Below, one piece after another: positions 39,053 to 52,368 of a stretch of 64,000 nucleotides of DNA (positions within the stretch are counted from its first letter, which is position 1; every line of letters starts with the position of its first letter). Under the pieces are notes generated by a model that saw nothing but the letters and a program-made list of their open reading frames with translations, made no database searches and was not told the DNA's origin. Source of the DNA: Vulcanimicrobiota bacterium (GTDB lineage Bacteria; Vulcanimicrobiota; Vulcanimicrobiia; Vulcanimicrobiales; Vulcanimicrobiaceae); NCBI GenBank assembly GCA_003161435.1, contig PMOS01000038.1, forward strand, positions 36,605 to 100,604. The letters are read 5' to 3'. A program made the translations under genes and the position numbers.

Positions 39053-39427
39053 TTAGGGCTTTGCGGCTTTGTATGCCGCCCAGCTGCCGTGGTGGGAGAT
39101 GTCTTGGTAGCCGCGCTCCTCGATCATCTCGCGCGGGTAGATCATCGCGTTGACGCTGGTGCCGTCGTCGAGTTGGACCGGCGCCTCATAGAGGTTCGGC
39201 GGCTCGGTGGCGAGCAGATGCGCGTGCTGTTCTTCGGTGAGCTCGTAGACCTCGCCGGCGATCGCCACGCCGCCCTCGGCGCACTCGTAGATTCCCGGGT
39301 GCTGGTCTTCCACGGAGTGTAGCCGGTAGATCGGCTTGGTCGTCGCTTCGCACATGAACGTGGCTTCGCCCAGGTTCTCGTGATCCGGCTGACCGCGCAG
39401 CGCCGAGCCGCAAATGAAGAAACGCAT
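39053..39427 (-). CDS. Gamma-glutamylcyclotransferase-like protein (allophanate hydrolase C-terminal-domain-like)
   Basis: FICGSALRGQPDH, IAGEVYEL, EPPNL, DISHHGSWAAY. Confidence 0.75.
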   Translation of the reverse strand: MRFFICGSALRGQPDHENLGEATFMCEATTKPIYRLHSVEDQHPGIYECAEGGVAIAGEVYELTEEQHAHLLATEPPNLYEAPVQLDDGTSVNAMIYPREMIEERGYQDISHHGSWAAYKAAKP

Positions 39428-39461
39428 CAGGTTGTCCTTGCTGCGCCGCCGCGGCTGCTTC

Positions 39462-42600
<3,139 letters not shown>

Positions 42601-42679
42601 GCCAGTCAGAGAGACGGCCCGCGAAGCCGCCATTCCTGCCCGGCAGGACACGCGACGCGTCGAGGCGGACGATTCAGCC

Positions 42680-43312
42680 GTGCGCCTGTCCCGAATCGCC
42701 ATCATGGTCGCGCTGGTCGCCGCGTGCAGCCTCGCCGCATCGCGACCCGCGTCGGCGGACGTGAAATGCGGGCAGTACGAGTCGACCGATTACGGTATGG
42801 CGCAGACCTGCGACGCCGGCATCCCGTCGCACGAGCTCGACGTCACCGCACAGCTCGAGCCCAACGTCCAGCAGCAGTCGAATTGGTGCTGGGCGGCGGC
42901 AATCTCCGGCGTGTTCGCGTACTACGGCCACCCGGTGAGCCAGGCGCGCATCGTGCGCGAGGCGTACGGCGGAATCGCCAACATGCGCGGAACGCCGCAG
43001 GCGATCATGGGCTCACTCAACCGCGAGTGGGTCGATGACGCCGGCCGCCCCTTCGAGGTGACCGCCAACATGTATTCCGGCAGCTGGGTCAGCGCGGCGC
43101 AGGATCTCGCGCAAAACCATCCGTTGATCGTCGGCTCGCTCGGCCACGCGATGATCCTCACGGCCGCCGAATACACGCGCTTCTCCAACGGCAACGGCCG
43201 CATCCAAGGCGTCATCGTGCGCGACCCATGGCCCTCGAACCCACGCCGCCGAGCGCTCTCGACCCAGGAAGCCTACGGCGTCCAAATGCTCATCCGCATC
43301 CGCGTCACATAG
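42680..43312 (+). CDS. Secreted papain-like cysteine protease (C39/C70-like)
   Basis: Signal peptide; QQQSNWCWAA, GHAMIL, VRDPWP (Cys-His-Asp). Confidence 0.75.
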   Translation: MRLSRIAIMVALVAACSLAASRPASADVKCGQYESTDYGMAQTCDAGIPSHELDVTAQLEPNVQQQSNWCWAAAISGVFAYYGHPVSQARIVREAYGGIANMRGTPQAIMGSLNREWVDDAGRPFEVTANMYSGSWVSAAQDLAQNHPLIVGSLGHAMILTAAEYTRFSNGNGRIQGVIVRDPWPSNPRRRALSTQEAYGVQMLIRIRVT

Positions 43313-43424
43313 GGTCCCTTGCGCTGACCTAATAACGCTAGAGATCAGTTGAACCCGGATTCGCCGGATGATTCAGTCGAAGGCACATCTTAGCCGAGAT
43401 GTAGCGTGCAGCGGGTTAATGCGA

Positions 43425-43970
43425 TCAGGCAGTGACGAACGTCAGCCTGACCGCGTCCTCGCCAACGGGATTGGTAGCGACAAGGCGGAGCGGCGGCCGG
43501 GCCCGGGCGAAGTACGGCTTTCCGCGACCAAGCACGAACGGACGAAAGTAGAGATGATACTCGTCGATGAGACCGAGGTCAGTGAGGCTCGCCGCCAGAT
43601 CGGGCCCGGCGACGTCGATGTCGCCCTCGACTTTCGCCTTCAACCGGCGTACGAACACTTCGACATCGTCACCGACAAGCGTGGCGTTGGCGCCGACCGA
43701 TTTCAGCGAGCGTGACGCAACCCATTTCGGCTGGGCCCGCCACGCTGCTGCGAATTCGTGCTCGACCGCGCCCCACTCCGGCCGATCCTCGTCCCAGTAG
43801 CGCATCACCTCGTACATCCTACGACCGTACAGACTGCCGGCTAGGCCGCGGACGTGATCGTTGAAATAACGATGGAGCGCAATGCCGGGCGGCGGCAATT
43901 CCGGGCCATCCGCGACGCCAGCAACGTAGCCGTCCAGAGACTGCATCATTCCGAAAACAAGTTTCCCCAT
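43425..43970 (-). CDS. Dihydrofolate reductase-like (RibD C-terminal) protein
   Basis: MMQSLDGYV, LYGRRMYE, GLIDEYHL...PFVLGRG. Confidence 0.88.
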   Translation of the reverse strand: MGKLVFGMMQSLDGYVAGVADGPELPPPGIALHRYFNDHVRGLAGSLYGRRMYEVMRYWDEDRPEWGAVEHEFAAAWRAQPKWVASRSLKSVGANATLVGDDVEVFVRRLKAKVEGDIDVAGPDLAASLTDLGLIDEYHLYFRPFVLGRGKPYFARARPPLRLVATNPVGEDAVRLTFVTA

Positions 43971-43998
43971 GTTTCCACATCTCCGAACAGGCTTCAGT

Positions 43999-44502
43999 TT
44001 AAGTTGAACTCGACCGCGGGCCCAAGAGTTGACTCCGCAGCCTATCCCACAGCGCGTCCTCGACAGCACCCGCGTCGAGGAGGCCGCCTTTGACTACGTG
44101 CGCCGGGATGCGAGGATCGACTACTCGAAACTGCACCCGAATCGGTAAGAGCACGTCCTCGTCACCGTACGTCTCGAGGAAGGTTTGGCCAAAGGCGTTC
44201 GTGTGCTGAAATACGGGTATTGGCCAATCCGATCTACGCCAAGTCGCGGAGCCCAACATTCGCCACAGCTCATGGCGTAAACCGTACGTTCCACTGGCGC
44301 AAATCAGTACCGCGTTGCTGGGAGTCAAACGCGCGGCCATCTGCTCCGCTGTCTCATCTGGGTCGCCGGGCGGAAAGTAGTAGCCAAGAAACGCGTCGCC
44401 CCCGCGATCCTTGCGTGCCACGAGCCCTATGGCGTGCTTGCCACGACGCAGCGGGACGTTGAACCAATCGCCTTCGCTGAATGCCAGTTTCTTCTTCGCC
44501 AA
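43999..44502 (-). CDS. Imm26-like immunity protein (orphan)
   Basis: EGDWFNVPL..GKHAIGLVAR, FLGYYF, W..LG...W...WPIPVF pattern. Confidence 0.6.
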   Translation of the reverse strand: MAKKKLAFSEGDWFNVPLRRGKHAIGLVARKDRGGDAFLGYYFPPGDPDETAEQMAARLTPSNAVLICASGTYGLRHELWRMLGSATWRRSDWPIPVFQHTNAFGQTFLETYGDEDVLLPIRVQFRVVDPRIPAHVVKGGLLDAGAVEDALWDRLRSQLLGPRSSST

Positions 44503-44550
44503 TCGAACGCCTCAAATAGCAACGAGGTTCAGCCGAGTTCGATCGGTTTG

Positions 44551-45921
44551 CTAGCTCGAACGCGGCTTCTTGGCAATCGAACGCGCCGGGACGCCGGCCA
44601 CTCGGTCGCCGGGGGCGACGTCGCGGGTGACGACCGAGCCGGCGCCGGTCATCGCGCCGTCGCCGATCGTGAGCGGGGCGACGAGTGCGTTGTTGGTGCC
44701 GATGAAGACGTCGGCACCGATCTCGGTGCGGTTCTTCTTCTCGCCGTCGAAGTTGCAGGTGATCGCACCGGCAGCGTAGTTCGTGCGGGGTCCGACGGTG
44801 GCGTCGCCGATGTAGGCCAGGTGGTTCGCCTTGACGTCGTCGCCGATCTCCGATTTCTTGAACTCGACGAAATTGCCGATCCGCACGCGGTTGCCGATCA
44901 CGTTGCCGTCACGCAGGTGCGCGAACGGGCCGACGCGCACGTCGTCGCCGAGCTGCGTCGAAAGGACCACGCTCTCGCGAATGTCGCAGCGCTCGCCGAT
45001 CACCGCGTTGCCGATGCGGCAGTGCGGCCCGATCGAGGTGCCTTCCCCGATCCGCGTCTCGCCGAAGATCCAGGTCCCTGGATGGATCGTGACGTCGCAC
45101 GAGATCTGCAGCCCCGGTTCGAGATAGGTCGTGGCCGGATCGACGATCGTCACGCCGGCTCGCATCTGCGCTTCGCACAAGCGCCGGTTGAGAAGCGCGC
45201 GTGCCTCGGCCAGCTCGATGCGATCGTTGACGCCCAGGACGCTGCGGTAGTCGGCGACCGAAACCGCCGCCACGCGCCCGCCTCCCGCGATCAAGAGCCC
45301 GACGGCGTCGGTGAGATAATATTCGGCCTGCGCATTCTGGTTGCCGATGCGCGCGGCAACGTCGCGCAGGGCGGATTCGCGGAACGCGTAGATGCCGGCG
45401 TTCATCTCGTCGATCACGAGCTGCTTTGCGGTGCAGTCTTTGGCCTCGACGATGCGTTCGACCGCGCCGCTCGCCGACCGCGCGGGGCTCTTCGCGCGCA
45501 CCACGCGGCCGAAGCTCGACGGCAGCGGCATCCGCGCCGTGACGAGCGCCAATGCCGCCCCGTCGTCGCCGCCGAGCGCGGCCTGCACGTCGTCGAAGAT
45601 GCGATGATCGACCAGCGGCATGTCGCCGTACGCGACGAGGACCGTCCCGTCGCGCGGCTCCAGCGCGTCGAGCGCGGTTGTGACCGCGTGCGCGGTTCCG
45701 AGCTGCTCGGCCTGAACGACGGTTCGCACGCCGAAGCGCGTGACGAGCGGGTCGAGCTCGGGGTTCGTCACGACGACGATCTCTTGCACGCCCGACGCGT
45801 GCAGCTCCTCGAGTACCCACCACAGCATGGCCCGGCCACACAGCTCGTGGAGCACCTTCGGCCAGGCGGACTTCATCCGCGTCCCCTTGCCGGCGGCCAG
45901 GACGATCGCGCGCGCGCTCAT
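44551..45921 (-). CDS. glmU: Bifunctional UDP-GlcNAc pyrophosphorylase / glucosamine-1-phosphate acetyltransferase
   Basis: LAAGKGTRMKS, QLGTAHA, EYYLTD, hexapeptide repeats, HLAYIGDA. Confidence 0.96.
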   Translation of the reverse strand: MSARAIVLAAGKGTRMKSAWPKVLHELCGRAMLWWVLEELHASGVQEIVVVTNPELDPLVTRFGVRTVVQAEQLGTAHAVTTALDALEPRDGTVLVAYGDMPLVDHRIFDDVQAALGGDDGAALALVTARMPLPSSFGRVVRAKSPARSASGAVERIVEAKDCTAKQLVIDEMNAGIYAFRESALRDVAARIGNQNAQAEYYLTDAVGLLIAGGGRVAAVSVADYRSVLGVNDRIELAEARALLNRRLCEAQMRAGVTIVDPATTYLEPGLQISCDVTIHPGTWIFGETRIGEGTSIGPHCRIGNAVIGERCDIRESVVLSTQLGDDVRVGPFAHLRDGNVIGNRVRIGNFVEFKKSEIGDDVKANHLAYIGDATVGPRTNYAAGAITCNFDGEKKNRTEIGADVFIGTNNALVAPLTIGDGAMTGAGSVVTRDVAPGDRVAGVPARSIAKKPRSS

Positions 45922-47402
45922 CGCATCCACTCCTTCTGTTCCTTCGCCGACACCCCACCGAACGGGTCGAGCGCGACGCGAAAGCGCTCGCGGCAGAGAT
46001 CGCGGCCCAGCAGCTCCATCGAGTCGAACAGCGGTAGTGACGTCGCGCTGCCCGTCATCGCGACATAGTACACGCGCGAAAGGTCGCGGAACTTCACCGC
46101 GAGCGTCTCGCCGACGCCCTTGAGAACGCGCTCGACAACCTCTTTGTCGAAGGTCCGCTCGGCGTCCAACCGCCACATCGCCAGCGCCAGCGCCTTACGG
46201 AGCACGTCGTCGTCGAGCTTCGTGCCCGCGAACGAATCCTTGGTGACCGCGAGCCGTCCGGCAAACAGATACCCTGCAGTCGGCGCGAGATCGCTCAGGC
46301 GCTCGATTCGGGACTTGGCGAGCTCGGCGATCCGCTCGAGCCGCGTGCGGTCGAATCCCCAGGCAGCCGTGCGCGCGAGCAGCTCGTCGGTGGTGAGCGC
46401 GCGCAGATACTGACCGTTGAGCCAGTCCAGCTTGGCCGCGTCGAATACCGGACCGCCGAGTGAGATCTTCGCCAGGTCGAGCCGTTCGATCAAGACGTCC
46501 ACGCCGAATATTTCCTGACCTTCGGGTGCCGGCGCCAGCAGCAAACCCAAGAAGTTCAGCAGCGCCTCGGGCAGATACCCCATCCGCTCGTAGAACAAGA
46601 TGCCGGTCGGGTTCTTGCGCTTGCTGAGCTTCGACTTGTCCGGATTGCGCAGCAGCGGCAGGTGCATCAGCGCCGGCGGCTCCCACCCGAAGTACTCGTA
46701 CAAGAGCAAGTGCTTGGGCGCCGACGATACCCACTCTTCGCCGCGGATCACGTGCGTGATCTCCATGAGGTGATCGTCGACGACGTTCGCCAGGTGATAC
46801 GTCGGCAGGCCGTCGGACTTGAGCAGCACCTGCATGTCGACGGTCGAAAACTCGAACGGAATCTCGCCGCGCGCGAGATCGTGCACGATGCACACGCCCG
46901 ACTCGGGGACCTTCATCCGCACGACGAACGATTCGCCCGCGGCGGCGCGTCGCGCCGACTCCTCGGGAGAGACGGTCAGACAGTGACCGTCGTACTTCTG
47001 CTGCTGCCCGGCCGCGCGCTGCGCGGCGCGCATCGCCTCGAGCCGCTCGGGCGTGCAGAAGCAACGGAACGCGTGACCCGACGCGAGCAGCTCATCGGCG
47101 TACCGCACGTAGATCGCGGACCGGTCGCTCTGGCGATACGGACCGAACGGGCCGCCGACATCCGGGCCCTCGTCCCATGACAAACCGGACCAGTGCAGCG
47201 CTTCGAGGATCGCGCGTTCCGACTCGGGCGTCGAGCGGGCCCGATCGGTGTCCTCGATGCGCAGGATGAAGTCACCGCCGTGCTTGCGCGCGAAGCAGTA
47301 GTTGACCAGAGCGACGTACGCCGTCCCGACGTGCGGATCGCCCGTCGGGGAAGGCGCGACGCGCGTGCGGACCCGCCGCGCGCCGGTTGGGGACAGGTTC
47401 AC
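45918..47402 (-). CDS. gltX: Glutamate--tRNA ligase
   Basis: RVAPSPTGDPHVG, RIEDTD, PTYHLANVVDDH, KLSKR. Confidence 0.96.
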   Translation of the reverse strand: MNLSPTGARRVRTRVAPSPTGDPHVGTAYVALVNYCFARKHGGDFILRIEDTDRARSTPESERAILEALHWSGLSWDEGPDVGGPFGPYRQSDRSAIYVRYADELLASGHAFRCFCTPERLEAMRAAQRAAGQQQKYDGHCLTVSPEESARRAAAGESFVVRMKVPESGVCIVHDLARGEIPFEFSTVDMQVLLKSDGLPTYHLANVVDDHLMEITHVIRGEEWVSSAPKHLLLYEYFGWEPPALMHLPLLRNPDKSKLSKRKNPTGILFYERMGYLPEALLNFLGLLLAPAPEGQEIFGVDVLIERLDLAKISLGGPVFDAAKLDWLNGQYLRALTTDELLARTAAWGFDRTRLERIAELAKSRIERLSDLAPTAGYLFAGRLAVTKDSFAGTKLDDDVLRKALALAMWRLDAERTFDKEVVERVLKGVGETLAVKFRDLSRVYYVAMTGSATSLPLFDSMELLGRDLCRERFRVALDPFGGVSAKEQKEWMR

Positions 47403-47406
47403 GCAG

Positions 47407-47838
47407 CTATCCGGTCAGGTCGCGTCGTTTGCCGCACTCGCGCTCGACGAAGGTGATGATGTCGGCGAGCGGCGCGCCGGGCGTGAAGATCTCGCGCACG
47501 CCGAGCCGCTTGAGCTCGGCGGCGTCGTCGGCCGGGATCGTCCCGCCGCCAAAAAACACGATGTCCGCCGCATCCTGCGCTTTCAGTTGCTCGACGACCA
47601 GCGGAAACAGCGTCATGTGCGCGCCTGACAGGATCGAGAGCCCGATCCCGTCGGCGTCTTCCTGGATCGCGGTCTGCACGATCTGCTCCGGCGTCTGGAA
47701 CAGCCCGGTGTAGATCACTTCCATCCCGGCGTCGCGCAGCGCGCGCGCGATGACCTTCGCGCCGCGGTCGTGACCGTCGAGACCCGCCTTCGCGACGATG
47801 ACGCGCAACGGACGGCTAGGTGCGTCGGTGGTGCTCAT
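47407..47838 (-). CDS. Cobalamin-binding small subunit of an acyl-CoA mutase
   Basis: [14 protein letters not shown] (DxHxxG), [15 protein letters not shown]. Confidence 0.92.
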   Translation of the reverse strand: MSTTDAPSRPLRVIVAKAGLDGHDRGAKVIARALRDAGMEVIYTGLFQTPEQIVQTAIQEDADGIGLSILSGAHMTLFPLVVEQLKAQDAADIVFFGGGTIPADDAAELKRLGVREIFTPGAPLADIITFVERECGKRRDLTG

Positions 47839-49547
47839 TAAAACTGGGTCGTCTCCGTGTAGCGGCCGTAGACCGAAACCATCGCGTCGACGATCTCGCC
47901 CTCGGTGGCGACCGCCTTCACGCAGTCGATCAAGTGCGGCATCACGTTGGCGTCGCCTGCACATGCGCGTTTGAGCCCCGCCAACGCGGACTCGACGGCG
48001 GCGGCGTTGCGATTGGCGCGCACATCTTGCACGGCGCGCGCCTGGCCGCGCTCGATCTCGACGCCGATCTTGAGCAGATCGCCGGCCTGCTGTTCGTTGG
48101 GCCGTTCGAACGCGTTGACGCCGACGATCACGCGGTCGCCCGACTCGATCGACCGCTGGTAACGATACGACGCGTCGGCGATCTCGCGCTGCGGGAAGCC
48201 GGCTTCCACCGACGCGACCATCCCACCGTACTCGGCGATCCGCGCGAAGTACTCCTCGACTTGGCGCTCCATCTCGTCGGTGAGCGCCTCGACGAAATAC
48301 GCGCCGCCCAGCGGATCGACGACGTTGGTCACGTTCGTCTCGTAGGCCAGCACCTGCTGCGTACGCAGTGCGATCTCGACCGACTTTTCGGTCGGCAGCG
48401 CCATGACTTCGTCCATCGAGTTGGTGTGCAGCGACTGCGTCCCACCCAACGCTGCCGCCATTGCCTCGAACGCGACGCGCACGATGTTGTTCTCGGGCTG
48501 CTGGGCGGTCGCGCTGCAACCCGCAGTCTGGGTGTGGAACCGCAGCTGCCACGAACGCGGATCCTTGGCGCCGAAGCGATCGCGCATGTGACGCGCATAG
48601 ATGCGCCGCGCCGCGCGGAACTTCGCGATCTCCTCGAAGAAGTCGATGTGGCTGTTGAAGAAGAACGACAGCCGCGGCGCGAACTCGTCGATGTCCATCC
48701 CGCGCTGCTGCGCCGCTTCGACGTACGCGAAGCCGTCGGCCAAGGTGAACGCAAGCTCCTGCGCCGCGGTCGATCCCGCTTCGCGGATGTGATAGCCCGA
48801 CACCGAGATCGTGTTCCACTTGGGCATCTCGCGCGTGCAGAACTCCATCATGTCGACGATGATCCGCACGTGCGGGCGCGGCGGGAATATCCACTCCTTT
48901 TGCGCGATGTACTCTTTGAGGATGTCGGCCTGCAGCGTGCCACCGAGCTTGGCGCGTGGAATGCCCTTGTTCTCGGCCGTCACGATGTACTGCGCGAGCG
49001 CGATCGCGGCCGGCCCGTTGATCGTCATCGAGGTCGTGATCGCGCCCAGGTCGATCCCGTCGAACAGCGTCTCCATGTCGCGGATCGAGTCGATCGCGCA
49101 ACCGCACTTCCCGACCTCGCCCAGCGACTTGGGATTATCGGAGTCGTATCCCATCAACGTCGGCATGTCGAACGCGACCGACAGCCCCATCTGCCCTTGC
49201 GAGAGCAGGAAGTGGTAGCGCTCGTTGGTCTGCTTGGCGTTGCCGAAGCCGGCGAACTGGCGCATCGTCCACAAGCGCGAGCGGTACATCGTCGGATGGA
49301 TCCCGCGCGTATACGGAAACTCACCCGGGACACCGAGATCGCGGGTGAGGTCGAGGTGTGCGACGTCGTCGGGACCGTAGACCGTCTTGAGCGGGATGTC
49401 GGAGATCGTGCGGTCGACCGCGCCGGAGCCTTTGCCGGACCGAGGGGCCGTGCGATCGGCCTTGGTTTGCCAACGCTCGACCAGCTCTCGGTACTCGGGG
49501 GTCGGGTCGGGTCCGAGTCCCGACGCGCGATCGATCATCTTGGCCAC
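47838..49547 (-). CDS. Acyl-CoA mutase large subunit, isobutyryl-CoA mutase-like
   Basis: [43 protein letters not shown]. Confidence 0.9.
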   Translation of the reverse strand: MAKMIDRASGLGPDPTPEYRELVERWQTKADRTAPRSGKGSGAVDRTISDIPLKTVYGPDDVAHLDLTRDLGVPGEFPYTRGIHPTMYRSRLWTMRQFAGFGNAKQTNERYHFLLSQGQMGLSVAFDMPTLMGYDSDNPKSLGEVGKCGCAIDSIRDMETLFDGIDLGAITTSMTINGPAAIALAQYIVTAENKGIPRAKLGGTLQADILKEYIAQKEWIFPPRPHVRIIVDMMEFCTREMPKWNTISVSGYHIREAGSTAAQELAFTLADGFAYVEAAQQRGMDIDEFAPRLSFFFNSHIDFFEEIAKFRAARRIYARHMRDRFGAKDPRSWQLRFHTQTAGCSATAQQPENNIVRVAFEAMAAALGGTQSLHTNSMDEVMALPTEKSVEIALRTQQVLAYETNVTNVVDPLGGAYFVEALTDEMERQVEEYFARIAEYGGMVASVEAGFPQREIADASYRYQRSIESGDRVIVGVNAFERPNEQQAGDLLKIGVEIERGQARAVQDVRANRNAAAVESALAGLKRACAGDANVMPHLIDCVKAVATEGEIVDAMVSVYGRYTETTQF

Positions 49548-49625
49548 GTACGCATTTTCCCTTCGAGGACGACCCGTTCGATTCGACCTCTCCCCACGAC
49601 TTTCCCGAACAGCCGCCCGTTGCAG

Positions 49626-51482
49626 CTAATTCGAAGAGGCGGCCGGAGCGTCGTCGCTGCGGCGCAGGCGAGCCTTCGAGGCCGCGGCGTAGATCGCGCT
49701 GCGCAGCTCGGCGGGTTGCGGCGGCCCCGCGACGACGGCGTCCCAGCGGCCGTCGGCGGCGGCCTCGCCTGAGCCGCTGAGGAGCACCCACCCGAGCTGG
49801 CGGCGCTCCGATGACGGGATGCGGTCGATCCCGGCCCACGCGACCAGCGCCCCGGGGACGATGACGACGTCGGTGCCGGCAAGCGACGCGCGGACGACGC
49901 TCGAACCGGACGCCACTTCGACGACGAAGCCCAGCGCACGGAGCTGCTCGGGGATCTCGGCGCCGCGTTCCGCTGCGCCGACGAATAGGAGGCGCAGCCG
50001 CCGCTGGACGCGACGCGGGTCGGCCGGCAGGATGATGCGGACCCACCAGATCCCCTCGCCGGAGCCCGTCCGGAACGATCCACCGTGCCGCTCGACGATA
50101 CGCTGGGTGAGGCGCGAACCGATCGTCGGCGCGGCCGGGTCCGCCGGCGACGCCCCGGTGCCGCTGAGCTCGAGCACGACCGCTTCGTCGAGGTTCTCGA
50201 GCCGCGCGCGGACCGGCGCGAGCGCGCGCCGGCCGTCGTGGACGAGTCGCCCGAGCGCCGTCGCGAGCAACTCCGGATCGGCGACGACGCGGACCGCGTC
50301 GGCCCGCTCGAGCATCGCTCCGGCCGCCGTGACGAGCTCGCGCAAGTCGACCGCGACCCACTGCGGGTCGACCGCCGCCAGCTCGATCCGCGATAGCAGG
50401 TCGATGTCGGACGCGATCTCGGCGACCCGTTCGCCGTTGGCGCGCACCATCGCCAGCGCTTCTCGCGCGTCGCCCGGAAAGCGCCCGTCCTCCTCGAGCA
50501 GCCGCGCGAAACCGATGATGCTCGTGACCGGACCACGCACGTCGCGCGCGAGCCGGGCGACCAGCTCGGCCTGCGTGGCGCGCGCCTCGAGCAGTTCGAC
50601 CCGACGTCGCTCGCTCTCGGCGTGCAGCGCAATGTTCCGCACCGCGATCGCGAAGGACGAGGCGACCAGCTCGAGCGCGCTGCGGTCGGCTTCCTCCGGC
50701 CGCCGGCCCCCGAATCTGACCGCCAGCACGAACTCCGGATACGCGCCCGCGTCCGGGATCGCCAGCACCAACTCATCGGGCGGCGTATCCTCGAGCGCGA
50801 AGACCGTCCCCCCGGCCGGCGACCGTCCGCCGGGCAGCGGCCGATCGTCGAGCGCTGCGACGACCGCGTACGAACCGTCGACCGCGCGTCGCAGCAGGCG
50901 CGCCTTACCGCCGGTCGCGGCGCCGACGGCCTCGGCCAACGCGCGAACGGCGGTCGACGGTCGGGACGAGGTCAGCACCGTCTGGGTGAGATCGCTGACG
51001 CTGCTCAGCCCGGCCGCGAGCTGCGACAGCAGCCTACTGCGCTCGAGCTCGTAGGTGACGAGTCGCGCGATCGTAGCGAGCTGCGCACGGTGCGCGTCGT
51101 TGAGCGTTCGCGCCTCGCGGTCGAGGACGGCGATCGCGCCGAGCGCCTCGCCGGCCGGCGTGAGCAACGGCGCGCCGGCGTAGAAGCGAACGCCGAGACT
51201 ACCCGCGGCCAGCGGGTTGGACGCGAAGCGCCGATCGGCGCCGGCATCGGCGACCTCGAACACCTCGCGCCCGCCGATAGCCGCGCCGCAGAACGACGAG
51301 CCGCGCGGCGACTCGGAGAGACCGCCGAGGCCGAAGCTCGCCTTGTACCACACGCGCGTCTCGTCGACGAACCCGATCGTCGCGAAGGGCGTCCCAGCCA
51401 GCGACGCGGCAAGCCGGACCAGCGCATCATACGCGGCCTCGGCCGGTGTGTCCAAAATGCGGTACGCACGCAGCGCCCGCAA
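49626..51482 (-). CDS. GAF-domain sensor with degenerate histidine kinase and receiver-like domains
   Basis: GAF (RFYAGAPL); HisKA-like LARDVRGPVTSIIG lacks the His; QRIVERHGG; start uncertain. Confidence 0.7.
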   Translation of the reverse strand: MRALRAYRILDTPAEAAYDALVRLAASLAGTPFATIGFVDETRVWYKASFGLGGLSESPRGSSFCGAAIGGREVFEVADAGADRRFASNPLAAGSLGVRFYAGAPLLTPAGEALGAIAVLDREARTLNDAHRAQLATIARLVTYELERSRLLSQLAAGLSSVSDLTQTVLTSSRPSTAVRALAEAVGAATGGKARLLRRAVDGSYAVVAALDDRPLPGGRSPAGGTVFALEDTPPDELVLAIPDAGAYPEFVLAVRFGGRRPEEADRSALELVASSFAIAVRNIALHAESERRRVELLEARATQAELVARLARDVRGPVTSIIGFARLLEEDGRFPGDAREALAMVRANGERVAEIASDIDLLSRIELAAVDPQWVAVDLRELVTAAGAMLERADAVRVVADPELLATALGRLVHDGRRALAPVRARLENLDEAVVLELSGTGASPADPAAPTIGSRLTQRIVERHGGSFRTGSGEGIWWVRIILPADPRRVQRRLRLLFVGAAERGAEIPEQLRALGFVVEVASGSSVVRASLAGTDVVIVPGALVAWAGIDRIPSSERRQLGWVLLSGSGEAAADGRWDAVVAGPPQPAELRSAIYAAASKARLRRSDDAPAASSN

Positions 51483-51572
51483 CCGCGCGTCGTCGTCCCT
51501 CGTATGTACGATACCGCAAGGTACGTGAAGCGGCGGCCGAAGCCCGCTGCTCGCGCCGCTTCTTAACGCGGA

Positions 51573-52367
51573 TCACTCGTTCAAGAACGACTCCAGCACC
51601 GGGACGAACCGATCGAAGGCCTCGCGATGCAGCGAATGACCCGCGCCGTCGAATACGGCGAATTGCACGTTCGGCCCACCGAGCCGCCGCAGTTCCGCGC
51701 GCTCGTCCGGAGGGACCACGCTGCGCGTAGGGTCGGGGAGCGCGAGGAGGAGCGGCTTGGGATAATCGTAGACGGCGCTGCGATGATCCCATCGGCCGGC
51801 CTCGATCTCGCTGTCGGCACCGAGCGCCTCGAGGGTGTCGATCGACAGACGTTGCGTCGCGTGCAACTTCGACGCGACCTCGACCTCGGGTAGCGCCGCG
51901 TACGAACGGCGGATCGACGCCTCGCGCTCGTCGGGCGGCAGGGCCAACGCCGGGCGATGTTCGCGCAACACGCTGGTGGACCACAGGCCGGCGCCCAGCC
52001 GCAGCATCGGATCGATCGCGACGACGCGCTCCACGGCGTCGATCCGGCGTCCGCCGATGACCGCAATCGCGCCGCCCCAGGAGTGGCCCATCAGCGCGTG
52101 CACGGGCTCGCCGAGCGACGCGACGATATCGCCGAGGTCGGCGAGGATCCGCTCGAGCGTCATCGGACTCTGCGCCGACGAGTCGCCGTGACCGCGCTGA
52201 TCGTACGCGACGACGCGCAGGCGGGCGGCGAGGTGCTCGCCGATCCGCGCCCAACCGCGCCGCGACCCACCGACACCGTGAACGCCGAGCACCAGCGGTC
52301 CGCTTTCGCCCCACTGCTGTAAGGTCGTCTCCGCGCCGTCGGAGAGCCGCACCGACGATTCGAGCAC
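51573..52367 (-). CDS. Alpha/beta fold hydrolase
   Basis: VHG, DQRGHGDS, GHSWGG, GAGHSLH. Confidence 0.9.
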   Translation of the reverse strand: MLESSVRLSDGAETTLQQWGESGPLVLGVHGVGGSRRGWARIGEHLAARLRVVAYDQRGHGDSSAQSPMTLERILADLGDIVASLGEPVHALMGHSWGGAIAVIGGRRIDAVERVVAIDPMLRLGAGLWSTSVLREHRPALALPPDEREASIRRSYAALPEVEVASKLHATQRLSIDTLEALGADSEIEAGRWDHRSAVYDYPKPLLLALPDPTRSVVPPDERAELRRLGGPNVQFAVFDGAGHSLHREAFDRFVPVLESFLNE

Positions 52368-52368
52368 G

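Noticed and set aside
43313-43425. Integron attC site beside the cassette-like genes
   Set aside because: No proper RYYYAAC/GTTRRRY pair with extended complementarity, and no integrase; only short hairpins
47820-49772. Long antisense or shadow ORFs (also 12766-14595, 16043-17359, 56615-59194)
   Set aside because: Expected mirror frames of high-GC genes; no protein motifs
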